64,000 bases of DNA, from NCBI GenBank assembly GCA_003558065.1, contig PWMU01000188.1:14936-78935 (forward strand), in the 5' to 3' direction. Position 1 is the first letter of the stretch; every line of letters begins with the position of its first letter. Below, piece after piece: positions 20,053 to 29,316 of the stretch. Below the pieces are notes generated by a model. The model was not told where the DNA came from, did not search any database, and saw only the letters and a program-made list of their open reading frames with translations. A program made the position numbers and the translations under genes. The stretch is from Opitutia bacterium (GTDB lineage Bacteria; Verrucomicrobiota; Verrucomicrobiia; Opitutales; T3Sed10-336).

Positions 20053-20913
20053 CTACAGGAGAATATTGTCAATCAGCCGTACCTCATCGACCCAGACCGC
20101 CACAGCCAGGAGGGATTTCCCGGACACGATCTCCTTGATGGGTTCCATGGTTTCGGGATTCACGATCTCGACGTAAATGACCCGCAACCGCCGTTTTGAC
20201 TGGAGTATATTGGACGTTTCCGCCTGTACCCGGTCCGTATTGACGATCCCCGAGTCCACCAGTTCCTTGGCCTTCTGCAGGGCCTGGTAGATGACACCGG
20301 CATCCTCCCGCTGGCGGGAGGTCAGGTACGCGTTGCGGGAACTCATGGCCAGCCCGTCCTCCTCCCGGATCGTCCGGTTGACAATGATTTCGATGGAGAG
20401 ATGAAGATCCGCCGCCATCTTCTTGATAACCGCCGCCTGCTGAGCGTCTTTCTGACCGAAAACCGCGAAATCCGGCTGTACAATATTGAACAGTTTGCCC
20501 ACCACCGTCAGCACGCAGCGAAAGTGATGCGGCCGTGATATGCCGCAGAGTCGTTTGCTGCAGGCCTCTTCGTTGATATAGGTGGAGTACCCTTTTGGAT
20601 ACATTTCCTCTTCTTCGGGATAGAAGATGTAATCCACCCCGGCTTCTTCACAGGCGGCGAGGTCGTGGTCGAAGTCGTGCGGGTAGCGTTGAAAATCCTC
20701 GTTGGGCCCGAACTGGATCCGGTTGACGAAAATCGAGACCACCACCTTGTCGGCCTTGTCCCGCGCGGTCTCGATCAGATTCAGATGCCCCCGGTGCAGG
20801 TAACCCATGGTAGGCACGAACCCGATGCGCTCACCTTTCGAGCGGAGCTCCCTTGCAATCGACTGCATCTCCTGGATGGAGCGAATCACTTTTACTTTCC
20901 CTTCATTCGCCAT
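20053..20913 (-). CDS. panC: pantoate--beta-alanine ligase
   Basis: GFVPTMGYLHRGHLNLI and FGQKDAQQ motifs. The start is taken at MANEGK. Confidence 0.9.
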   Translation of the reverse strand: MANEGKVKVIRSIQEMQSIARELRSKGERIGFVPTMGYLHRGHLNLIETARDKADKVVVSIFVNRIQFGPNEDFQRYPHDFDHDLAACEEAGVDYIFYPEEEEMYPKGYSTYINEEACSKRLCGISRPHHFRCVLTVVGKLFNIVQPDFAVFGQKDAQQAAVIKKMAADLHLSIEIIVNRTIREEDGLAMSSRNAYLTSRQREDAGVIYQALQKAKELVDSGIVNTDRVQAETSNILQSKRRLRVIYVEIVNPETMEPIKEIVSGKSLLAVAVWVDEVRLIDNILL

Positions 20914-21077
20914 AAGACATTCCCATTGGTTCCCCGCGCCTCCCTGCAATCGCATCCGGCGTGAAGTTTTGGAAAAAGGATCACAGGAAATCTCTCTCCT
21001 GTAAAGAGTTATTGGAAGGGTCGAAAAAACGGTTTGCGCCCCGAAAAGGATTCCACCTTAAATACCGGGTTTTCATC

Positions 21078-22322
21078 ATGAGCGAATCGTACATCCAGAA
21101 ACTCTTTGCCGAACGCATCGGAGGGGCCGACTACGGGAAATCCACCGCCCTCTACAAATTTGCGAAGATCAAGCAGGCCAAAGCCGCTGCGAAACAAAAG
21201 AATCCGGACACGCCGCTGATCGATATGGGGGTGGGCGAACCTGACGAAATGGCGTATCCCCAAGTCGTCGAAACGCTGCAGAAAGAAGCCGCCAAACCCG
21301 AGAACCGCGGCTACTCCGACAACGGGGGCCCGGAATTCCGCGAGGCGGCGGCCGAATACATGCGAAAGGTCTTCGGGGTGAAGGATCTCAATCCGGAAAG
21401 CGAGATTCTCCATTCCATCGGCAGCAAGACCGCGCTTTCCCTCCTTCCGGCGGGCTTTGTCAATCCGGGCGATTACGTCATCATGACCGTCCCGGGATAC
21501 CCGGTCCTCGGCACCCACGCCAGGTACTACGGGGGCACTGTCTACAACGTCGAATTGACGGAGGAAAACGACTTTCTCCCCAATCTCGGCACGATCCCGC
21601 GCGAGATCCTGGAAAAGGCGAAAATCCTGGTGCTCAACTACCCGAACAACCCCACGGGAACCTGCGCCACCCACGAATTCTTCAAGAAAGCTGTCCGCTT
21701 CGCCAAAGAAAACAAGCTGATCATCATCCAGGACGCCGCCTACGGTGCCCTGGTATTCGACGGCAAGCCTCTCTCCATCCTCAGCGTACCCGAAGCCAAG
21801 GAGGTCGCGGTTGAGCTGCATTCCCTTTCCAAGAGCTACAATATGACCGGCTGGCGGCTGGGCTTTGTCTGCGGCAACCCTCTCATTGTCAAAGCCTACG
21901 GAGACATCAAGAACAACAGCGATTCCGGTCAGTTTCTCGCCATTCAGAAGGCGGGAGTCACTGCCCTGAAAAACCCGTCGATTACTGAGAAAATCACCAA
22001 AAAGTATTCCCGGCGCATGGACCTGCTGGTTGCCTCCCTCAATCAGGGGGGATTCAAGGTCACCAAGCCGGGCGGAACTTTTTTCCTCTACGCCCGCGCG
22101 CCGCGCTCGGCCACCCGCGACGGCAAAACCACCAGGTTCGACTCGGCGGAGGCCTTCAGCGAGTGGCTCATCGGCGAACAGCTCATTTCGACCGTTCCGT
22201 GGGACGAAGCCGGCCCTTACGTCCGTTTCTCGGTCACGTTTGAAGCCTTGGGAGAAAAAGAGGAAAAGCGGATCGTTCGGGAAATCGCCGAGCGCCTCAA
22301 TCCCTACACCTTCGAGTTCTAG
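21078..22322 (+). CDS. class I/II PLP aminotransferase, LL-diaminopimelate-aminotransferase-like
   Basis: IDMGVGEPDE, NYPNNPTG and SLSKSYNMTGWRLG (PLP-Lys) motifs. The start is taken at MSESYIQ (ATG 21078). Confidence 0.75.
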   Translation: MSESYIQKLFAERIGGADYGKSTALYKFAKIKQAKAAAKQKNPDTPLIDMGVGEPDEMAYPQVVETLQKEAAKPENRGYSDNGGPEFREAAAEYMRKVFGVKDLNPESEILHSIGSKTALSLLPAGFVNPGDYVIMTVPGYPVLGTHARYYGGTVYNVELTEENDFLPNLGTIPREILEKAKILVLNYPNNPTGTCATHEFFKKAVRFAKENKLIIIQDAAYGALVFDGKPLSILSVPEAKEVAVELHSLSKSYNMTGWRLGFVCGNPLIVKAYGDIKNNSDSGQFLAIQKAGVTALKNPSITEKITKKYSRRMDLLVASLNQGGFKVTKPGGTFFLYARAPRSATRDGKTTRFDSAEAFSEWLIGEQLISTVPWDEAGPYVRFSVTFEALGEKEEKRIVREIAERLNPYTFEF

Positions 22323-22323
22323 C

Positions 22324-22349
22324 AGCCTGTCGGCGAAGCCCGACAGACT
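22324..22349. terminator. hairpin between convergent genes (arms AGCCTGTCGG / CCGACAGACT, loop CGAAGC)
   Basis: It lies directly after the aminotransferase stop. The core CTGTCGGCGAAGCCCGACAG is identical to that of the hairpin at 33757-33790. Confidence 0.55.
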
Positions 22350-22415
22350 CCTAGTCCAGGGCGAATGGCGCTCGGTTGAGACGCGATGCCGCGGCGAAAA
22401 CCGCCTCGACGCCCG

Positions 22416-23057
22416 CTACTCCTCCATCTCTCCGATTTCCCTGCCGATCTTCCTTCCCAGCTCGGCACAGGCACCGCTGACCGACCGGGCAAACGCCGCA
22501 TAATCGCCCGGCTCCCAGTTACCTTCCCGTGTAAATTCTCCTCTGGACACCATGGCCCGCCTCTCCGTCTCGTAGATCTTCCAATCCGCCGCGAAGCGGA
22601 AGGCTCCCTCGCCATCGGGCTTTTCAACGGCCTCGCAAAGTGCCAGAAAAACCTCGACTTCGTACTTCACCGGTTCCCGGCTCGCTTCGGGAAAAAGGAG
22701 GACCGACGCCACAGCCGGGTGGTGCCGCAACGACTCCCGGAGAATCCGGGCCGTCCCCCTGTCGAGCCCTTCCGCCCAACGGTTGAAGTTCGAATAGCGC
22801 AGGGTGTTCTCGCCGGTTCGCACCACGATAGCCGGAGTATTAAAGTAGTCAGCGAGCTGCACCCGCCGCAGCCCGACCGCGAGCCCTTCGAAGCCGGTCG
22901 CATCCTCCCGGGACTCCGCCGCCGGCTGCGGTTCCAATGCCTCCAGGATATAAAACCGGGTCGGATCCGAAACCGGGCGCGTCAGCGTACACCCCGTCAT
23001 GAAGACCATAAGCCACAACAGGAACGTACCGATTGGAATCGTGAGCAAGCGCATCAT
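22416..23057 (-). CDS. ABC-transport auxiliary lipoprotein (PqiC/YmbA-like)
   Basis: Lipobox FMTGC followed by TLTRPVSDPTRFYIL. There is a 4-nt overlap with the upstream MCE gene. Confidence 0.7.
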   Translation of the reverse strand: MMRLLTIPIGTFLLWLMVFMTGCTLTRPVSDPTRFYILEALEPQPAAESREDATGFEGLAVGLRRVQLADYFNTPAIVVRTGENTLRYSNFNRWAEGLDRGTARILRESLRHHPAVASVLLFPEASREPVKYEVEVFLALCEAVEKPDGEGAFRFAADWKIYETERRAMVSRGEFTREGNWEPGDYAAFARSVSGACAELGRKIGREIGEMEE

Positions 23058-24049
23058 TCGTTCTCCCTTCTTCCGCCCAGCAGCGCGTTCGGATTGCGTT
23101 CGAGGTAGTCGGCGAGCTGTTGAATGGAGCGTGAGGCCTCGCCCAGCCGCTGCAGAGTGGTCGCCAGTTCGGGGCCGAAGCCCGAGCGAGGCCCGATCAA
23201 TCCTTCGATGGCCTCCACCGCACTACCCAGTTGATTCAAGGTCACGGAAAGCTCGTCCGCCGTTACTGTAAACCGTTCGCTCACCGGATCGATCTGCTCG
23301 TCGAGGCGAACCAGGACCCGGCTCAGGTCGGCGAACGCGGTATTCGCGGAATAAATGGCGCCCTGCAGCCCGTCGGACTCGACCAGTTCGGAAAACGCAA
23401 CCGCAGCCTGGTTGAGATTGGCCGTTAAAACCTCCACTTCGAGGGCCTCCAGCTTCGCACCCGCCTGGTCCAGAAGGTCCTCCAGTCTCCGGGAGATCCC
23501 CTCAAAGTCGACAGCGCCGAGATCGGCGGTGATTCCCGCAACGCCGGCAAACAGGTCGGCGAACGCGGACGGAACCGCGGGCACTACCGCATGACGGGCC
23601 TCTTCCGCGACCTCCGGGACCGGTGGCGCGGGATCCACATAGTCCAGCTCCACGTACATCAATCCCGAAATCCCCACCAGACTCAGCCGCGCCCGCAAGC
23701 CTTCCCGAACCATTTCGCGCAAAACCTCCGGCTCGCCCATGTCCACCGGCCGGCCTTGAGCATCCCTCACGACCTGCCGGTCCAGTTCGCAGACCACCGG
23801 CACGGTCGAACGGGCGCGCTCCGCGTCGTAATGGATTCCGATCTCCTTGACCCGCCCGATGCGAACGCCCCGGAATTTCACCGGAGCGCCCACCTCGAGA
23901 CCGTGCACAGACTCGTCGAAATACACCGCGAACTCCCGCGATTCCCCGAACCAGGTTCTCGCACCGAAATAAAACATCCCCAGAGCAAAGAGGGCGATCG
24001 CCCCCGCCACAAACATACCGATCACTGCCGCACTCGGTTTCGCTTTCAT
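23054..24049 (-). CDS. MlaD/MCE-domain protein
   Basis: N-terminal TM helix, then the MCE core FDESVHGLEVGAPVKFRGVRIGRVKEI and a long helical tail. Confidence 0.8.
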   Translation of the reverse strand: MKAKPSAAVIGMFVAGAIALFALGMFYFGARTWFGESREFAVYFDESVHGLEVGAPVKFRGVRIGRVKEIGIHYDAERARSTVPVVCELDRQVVRDAQGRPVDMGEPEVLREMVREGLRARLSLVGISGLMYVELDYVDPAPPVPEVAEEARHAVVPAVPSAFADLFAGVAGITADLGAVDFEGISRRLEDLLDQAGAKLEALEVEVLTANLNQAAVAFSELVESDGLQGAIYSANTAFADLSRVLVRLDEQIDPVSERFTVTADELSVTLNQLGSAVEAIEGLIGPRSGFGPELATTLQRLGEASRSIQQLADYLERNPNALLGGRRENE

Positions 24050-24837
24050 AAACCCTCCCTGACTTTCTCAATCATACTTCCCCTGAAAAACTCGGCGACA
24101 TGCGGATTCCCCGCTTCTCGCGCCAAATCACTCGGCCGGCCGGTGGCGATCACCGTTTTTTCATCCCTGCCCAGCATGACCACACGGTCGGCCACAGTGC
24201 AAATGCTTTCGAGATCATGGGATACGACCACAATCGTCGTGCCGAGGTTCTCCCGCATCTGTAGAATCAGGCTGTCGAGATTGCGCGCGCTGACCGGATC
24301 GAGCCCGGCGGACGGCTCGTCGAAGAACAGAATCTCCGGGTCGAGGATCAGCGCCCGTGCCAGCGCCGCCCGTTTTCGCATCCCGCCGCTCAATTCCGCG
24401 GGAAAAACCCCCTCCACCCCGGCCAGCCCCACCATACCGAGTTTGACCGACACAAGCTCCCGGATTTGAGAGCGCAGCAGCCGCGTGTGTTCCTCCAGGG
24501 GCAACGCGACGTTCTCGCCGACCGTCATCGTGCTCCAGAGCGCGCTGTTCTGGTAAAGAATCCCCATTCGGCGCAGCAGTTTCCTGCGTTCCGGCCGGGG
24601 GGCCCCCGCCAGCAACTGCCCGTCGAAACGGATTTCCCCGGCCAGGGGCGATTGCAGTCCGATGAGATTGCGCAGCAGGGTGCTCTTGCCGCAGCCGCTC
24701 CGGCCCACCACAAAGAAAATTTCTCCCCGCTCCACCGAGAAAGTCACCTCCCGCAGCACAAGCGTGTCCCCGTAACCGCATGCCACGTTCCTGACTTCGA
24801 CCATCGGCCCGCTCCGTTGTGTTTTTCCATCCAGCAT
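24046..24837 (-). CDS. ABC transporter ATP-binding protein (MlaF-like)
   Basis: Walker A GRSGCGKST, signature LSGGMRKRAALARAL, Walker B ILFFDEPSAGLD. Confidence 0.9.
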   Translation of the reverse strand: MLDGKTQRSGPMVEVRNVACGYGDTLVLREVTFSVERGEIFFVVGRSGCGKSTLLRNLIGLQSPLAGEIRFDGQLLAGAPRPERRKLLRRMGILYQNSALWSTMTVGENVALPLEEHTRLLRSQIRELVSVKLGMVGLAGVEGVFPAELSGGMRKRAALARALILDPEILFFDEPSAGLDPVSARNLDSLILQMRENLGTTIVVVSHDLESICTVADRVVMLGRDEKTVIATGRPSDLAREAGNPHVAEFFRGSMIEKVREGL

Positions 24838-24841
24838 CGGA

Positions 24842-25972
24842 TCAGATCCCCAGGTGCTCGAACAGGACGGCGAAGAAGGCGTCCAGGACGATAATCAAAA
24901 AAATCGCCGTAACCACAGCCGAGGTCGCCGCCCGCCCCACGCCGGCGGAACTGCGTTCGCTCTGGAACCCCCGCATACAACCCGAAGCCGCAATCACGAG
25001 CCCGAAAGTCACACTCTTGATCAACCCGCTCGCAATATCGTGCACATCGATTGCCTCCCGCGACTGGAACCAGTAGGCCGACGAAGCGATATCGAGCACC
25101 CCCACCCCGACCACATACCCGCCCAATACCCCGAGCAGATTCGCGTAAATTGTCAGCAGCGGCACCATCACGACCAAAGCCAGAATCCGCGGAAGCGCCA
25201 GGAAATCTATCGGCTCAATCCCAAGGGTTTCGAGGGCGTCGATTTCCTCGTTCATTTTCATATTCCCGATCTGGGCGGCGAAGGCGGCTCCCGTCCGCCC
25301 GGCAAGGATCACCGCGGTCATCATGGGCCCCATTTCGCGCACCACGGAAAGCCCGACCAGGTTCGCCACAAAGATTTCCGCGCCGTACTGCCGCATCTGC
25401 ACCGCCGCCTGGTAGGCCAGGATGAGACCGACCAGAAAGCTGATCAATCCGACAATGGGCAACGCCATGGCCCCCGATTGCTGCATGGCGACAAAGGAAT
25501 CCGCCCAGCGGAACTTACGCCAGCGCCGCCCCATGCGAAACACCCCGAGCACACATTCTCCCAGAAATGCCATCCACTCGTAAACGCCCAGAACCCCCGC
25601 CTGGACGCTCCGCCCCAGCGCCTCGAAAAAGGGTTTCGCACTTGTGGACGAAACGGGTCCAACCCCCTTCCCGGCGCCTTTAACCCGCTGCTCCAGGAGC
25701 TGCCGCATCAGTTCCGGCAACCCCTCCATCCGGATCGGAATCCCCTTTCCCGTCGCGTAGTCCTTCGCCCGAATCAGAAAAAGGAGCAAGCTGCTGTCCC
25801 ACTCCCCGATACCGCCCGCATCAACGACCACTTCCCGCGGCTCTCCCCGAACCCCGCGGATCCGTTTCAGCACGTCCCTCCAGCCGGGCACGGGCCGCTC
25901 CAGGGACCAATCCCCCACAACTGTCACCTGAAGCGTTCCCTCCCTCACCTCCGGCTTGATACGCGCATCCAT
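24842..25972 (-). CDS. MlaE-like ABC permease with N-terminal STAS-like extension
   Basis: The permease core is polytopic (GPMMTAVILAGRTGAAFAAQIGNMKMNEEIDALETLG). About 110 aa of soluble domain precede it. The start is taken at MDARIKP. Confidence 0.8.
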   Translation of the reverse strand: MDARIKPEVREGTLQVTVVGDWSLERPVPGWRDVLKRIRGVRGEPREVVVDAGGIGEWDSSLLLFLIRAKDYATGKGIPIRMEGLPELMRQLLEQRVKGAGKGVGPVSSTSAKPFFEALGRSVQAGVLGVYEWMAFLGECVLGVFRMGRRWRKFRWADSFVAMQQSGAMALPIVGLISFLVGLILAYQAAVQMRQYGAEIFVANLVGLSVVREMGPMMTAVILAGRTGAAFAAQIGNMKMNEEIDALETLGIEPIDFLALPRILALVVMVPLLTIYANLLGVLGGYVVGVGVLDIASSAYWFQSREAIDVHDIASGLIKSVTFGLVIAASGCMRGFQSERSSAGVGRAATSAVVTAIFLIIVLDAFFAVLFEHLGI

Positions 25973-26101
25973 CGTCACCGGCCCAAAATGCCAGACGAAT
26001 CGGCAATGGCAACCCAATCACGGAAAATCGTTCACATGGGGGAGCAGATGGATCCCGTGACCCTTTCTGGAAACCCGCCGGCCCCGAGCCGATCGGACCT
26101 C

Positions 26102-26150
26102 GAACTTTGAACATTGAACCTGAAAGCGAAGCCCTTTAACCAATAACCGA
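26102..26150 (+). repeat. 7-bp periodic (G/T)AAC array, 7 heptads in one register
   Basis: GAACTTT GAACATT GAACCTG AAAGCGA AGCCCTT TAACCAA TAACCGA. It abuts the GTG start at 26151. Confidence 0.6.
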
Positions 26151-26828
26151 GTGAAACACTTTCAAACCGTACTCTTCGACCTCGACGGCACGTTGATCGA
26201 CCACTTCGACGTGATTTTCCGTTGCTACGAATTCGCCCTCGGAAAACTGCAATGCGACATTCCCTCCCGGGAGCTTCTCCGCGGTACTGTCGGCGGCTCG
26301 ATGGAGGTGACCATGACCCATTTTGTGGACGGCCAGGACCACGCGGAAGCCGTTCGTCTGTTTCGCGAGCATTTCGCCGAAATCTACCTCGAAGACATCA
26401 CGGTACACCCCGGCGGCGAATGGATTCTCCAAGGGCTGCGCCGGGAGGGTAAGAAGCTGGCTATTTTCACCAACAAGCAGGGTGAGAGTTCCCGCGGGAT
26501 CACCCGTCACCTGGAACTCGACCGTTGGCTCGACGGGGTTTTCGGCGCGCTCGACACCCCGCACCACAAACCGGCGGCCGCCTTCAGCCGGTACGCACTC
26601 GACCAGCTCGGCGCCCGCCCGGAGGAAGCCTGCCTGATCGGCGATTCCACCTTTGACATTCAGGCCGCCCACAACGGCGGGTTTCCCTGCCACTGCGTCA
26701 CGACCGGCACCCATTCCCGCGAAGAACTCGCCGGTGCGGGCGCCGACGGAATCTACCCGGACCTCTACGAGCTCGGTCGCGATCTTTTCCGCCTGCCCGC
26801 ACGCCGGACTTCGATTGAAACCTGCTGA
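26151..26828 (+). CDS. HAD-family phosphatase (phosphoglycolate-phosphatase-like)
   Basis: LFDLDGTLIDH, FTNK and IGDSTFDIQAAHNGG motifs. Confidence 0.8.
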   Translation: MKHFQTVLFDLDGTLIDHFDVIFRCYEFALGKLQCDIPSRELLRGTVGGSMEVTMTHFVDGQDHAEAVRLFREHFAEIYLEDITVHPGGEWILQGLRREGKKLAIFTNKQGESSRGITRHLELDRWLDGVFGALDTPHHKPAAAFSRYALDQLGARPEEACLIGDSTFDIQAAHNGGFPCHCVTTGTHSREELAGAGADGIYPDLYELGRDLFRLPARRTSIETC

Positions 26829-26906
26829 ACGATCGCCCATGGACGATTCGGACTGACCGGTTTCGGGCGCAGCCATCCCACCCATCCGCAAAACACAAAG
26901 GTGGCC

Positions 26907-26969
26907 GAACGCCGGTCCTCGAACGTTGAACACCGAACTTCTAACTTTTAACTTTTAATTTTTAACTTT
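26907..26969 (+). repeat. 7-bp periodic (G/T)AAC array, 9 heptads in one register
   Basis: GAACGCC GGTCCTC GAACGTT GAACACC GAACTTC TAACTTT TAACTTT TAATTTT TAACTTT. It ends 14 nt upstream of the helicase ATG. Confidence 0.65.
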
Positions 26970-26982
26970 GCCTCCCCTCCCC

Positions 26983-29199
26983 ATGAGCTCGCATCGAGAC
27001 GCCACTCCCACCCCCCCGGTCGGCGGCGACAGTCTGCGCGGCGTTCTAGAAAGAATCATCTTCTTCAACGAGGAGAATCACTACTGCATCGCGGAACTCC
27101 GGGATGAAGACAACAACCGCAGCATCACGGTCACCGGCGCCATGCCCAATGTTCAGTGCGGCGAATGCCTTCGGCTGACCGGCAAGTGGACCCGTCACCC
27201 CCAGCACGGCGAACAGTTCCGGGTGGCCACCATCAAATCCGAGCTTCCGGCCACCGTCTACGGAATCCGGCGTTACCTGGGAAGCGGACTGGTCACGGGC
27301 ATCGGAAAGGTTTACGCCAACAAGATCGTCGACCACTTCGGGGCGGACACCTTTCGGATCATTTCCGAGGAATCGGGCCGGCTCCGGGATATCCCCGGAA
27401 TCGGAAAAGAACGCGCCCGCGCCATCAAGGAGGCGTGGGAGGAACAGAAAGCCGTGCGCGAGATCATGGTCTTTCTCCAGACCTACGGCGTTACCCCCGC
27501 CCAATGCGTCCGGCTCGTCAAGCAGTACGGCGGCCAGGCCCGGAACATCCTGCGCGAGGAACCGTACCGTATCGCCCGCGAGATCGACGGCATCGGCTTC
27601 AAAACCGCCGACCGCATCGCCATCAACCTCGGCTACGCCAACGACAGCCCTCCCCGCATTGAAGCCGGCATCCTCTACGCCCTCGGCGAACTCGAATCCG
27701 AAGGCCACACCGCCTTCCCCGAAGAGGCCCTCCTGGATCACACCGCCGCTCTTCTCGAATCCGACCGGGACACCATGAAAAGCTCCCTGGCCCGCCTGAT
27801 CGAAACGCGCGATCTCGTACGGCAGCCGGACGGTCCCTTCATCCAGCTTCCCGTCACCGCACGGGCCGAAAGGAGGATCGCCGAGGCGGTTCTCCGCCTG
27901 CGCCAAAGCCCCGGCGGCCTGCCGCCGATCAAAATCGACCGCGCCGTCGAATGGGCCCAGGAGCGGGCGGGTTTCGCGTTTGGGCCGCTCCAGGCCGAGG
28001 CCGTCCGCCGCGCCCTGGCCGGGAAGATTTCAATCCTTACCGGCGGCCCGGGAACCGGCAAGACGAGCATCCTGCGATCCCTTACCGAAATTCTCCGAGC
28101 CAAAAAAGTTTCGATTCAAATGGCCGCCCCCACCGGACGAGCGGCCCAGCGTCTGGCCGAAACCGCCTCCGGCCACGCCCAGACGCTCCACCGCCTGCTC
28201 AAGTACGATCCCGCCGAAGGCGCCTTTACCGCCAATGAAGACCGGCCCCTCAAAACCGATTTTATCATCGTGGACGAAGCCAGCATGCTCGACGTCCGGC
28301 TCGCCGCCAGCCTGCTCCAGGCCGTTCCGGCCCGAGCCCACCTCCTGCTGGTCGGCGACACCGACCAGCTTCCCTCAGTCGGCGCGGGCAATGTATTGAA
28401 TGATCTGATACGCAGCGGCGCCGTCACGATCACCCGCCTCGACACCATCTACCGGCAGGAGGAAGAGAGCGCCATCGTGGCCACCGCCCACGCAATCAAC
28501 GAGGGACGCGTCGTCATGCCGCACAAGGTCGCCGACCCGGAGGAACTCGATCCGGAACTCGACCTCCAGTTCCTGGAAGCCCGCTCTCCGGAGGAATGCC
28601 TTGAAAAACTACTGCGCCTCTGCACCAAAACCCTTCCGCACGGTCTCGGAATCGACCCGGTCCGGCAGGCCCAGGTCCTCGCCCCCATGCACAAAGGGGT
28701 CGTCGGCGTCGCCAATCTCAACGCCGAAATCCAGGCCGCTCTCAACCCGGACGGCCCCGCCTTTCAGTACGGAAGCCTCCGCTACCGCCCCGGCGACAAA
28801 CTCATCCAATTGCGCAACAACTACGACAAAAACATCTTCAACGGCGACCTCGGCACCGTGACCCGGGTCAATCCCGAAGGCGGCACCCTGACGGCCTCCT
28901 TCGACGGCGACGAACACACCTTCGAACGCGGCGACCTCAGCGACCTTTCTCTCGCCTATGCCATCAGCATACACAAATCCCAGGGCAGCGAATACCCGGT
29001 GGTCATCATCCCCATACTCAAACAGCATTACATGATGCTCCGGCGGAATCTCATTTACACCGCCATCACCCGCGGCCGACGGAAAGTCCTCCTGATCGGC
29101 GACCCCGACGCCTACGCCATGGCCGTCCGCAACAACGAGACCGGCACCCGCCACACTTTCCTGCGCCAACAGATCCAGAGCCTCGTCATCAACCCCTGA
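26983..29199 (+). CDS. recD2: RecD2-like SF1 ATP-dependent DNA helicase
   Basis: Walker A GGPGTGKTS, then IVDEASMLD, LVGDTDQLPSVGAGNVL and AISIHKSQGSEYPVVII. The N-terminal LERIIFFNEENHYCIAEL is typical of RecD2. Confidence 0.85.
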   Translation: MSSHRDATPTPPVGGDSLRGVLERIIFFNEENHYCIAELRDEDNNRSITVTGAMPNVQCGECLRLTGKWTRHPQHGEQFRVATIKSELPATVYGIRRYLGSGLVTGIGKVYANKIVDHFGADTFRIISEESGRLRDIPGIGKERARAIKEAWEEQKAVREIMVFLQTYGVTPAQCVRLVKQYGGQARNILREEPYRIAREIDGIGFKTADRIAINLGYANDSPPRIEAGILYALGELESEGHTAFPEEALLDHTAALLESDRDTMKSSLARLIETRDLVRQPDGPFIQLPVTARAERRIAEAVLRLRQSPGGLPPIKIDRAVEWAQERAGFAFGPLQAEAVRRALAGKISILTGGPGTGKTSILRSLTEILRAKKVSIQMAAPTGRAAQRLAETASGHAQTLHRLLKYDPAEGAFTANEDRPLKTDFIIVDEASMLDVRLAASLLQAVPARAHLLLVGDTDQLPSVGAGNVLNDLIRSGAVTITRLDTIYRQEEESAIVATAHAINEGRVVMPHKVADPEELDPELDLQFLEARSPEECLEKLLRLCTKTLPHGLGIDPVRQAQVLAPMHKGVVGVANLNAEIQAALNPDGPAFQYGSLRYRPGDKLIQLRNNYDKNIFNGDLGTVTRVNPEGGTLTASFDGDEHTFERGDLSDLSLAYAISIHKSQGSEYPVVIIPILKQHYMMLRRNLIYTAITRGRRKVLLIGDPDAYAMAVRNNETGTRHTFLRQQIQSLVINP

Positions 29200-29316
29200 C
29201 ACGTCCCTGTGAGCAGCCTGAACGGCGGCGGATCGCCCGCACCCTGAGGCCTCGGACGCAAAACGCACGCTTCAGCGCCCGATCAATTCGTCTAATTTCG
29301 GGTCCCATTGAGGTGA

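Noticed and set aside
18610-20199. 529-aa + strand ORF opposite nadB/panC
   Set aside because: It is a mirror ORF of two well-supported minus-strand genes and has no recognisable domain.
24854-26110. 418-aa + strand ORF opposite the MlaE-like permease
   Set aside because: Its composition is Pro/Arg/His-rich and low-complexity, and it is antisense to a polytopic permease with conserved motifs.
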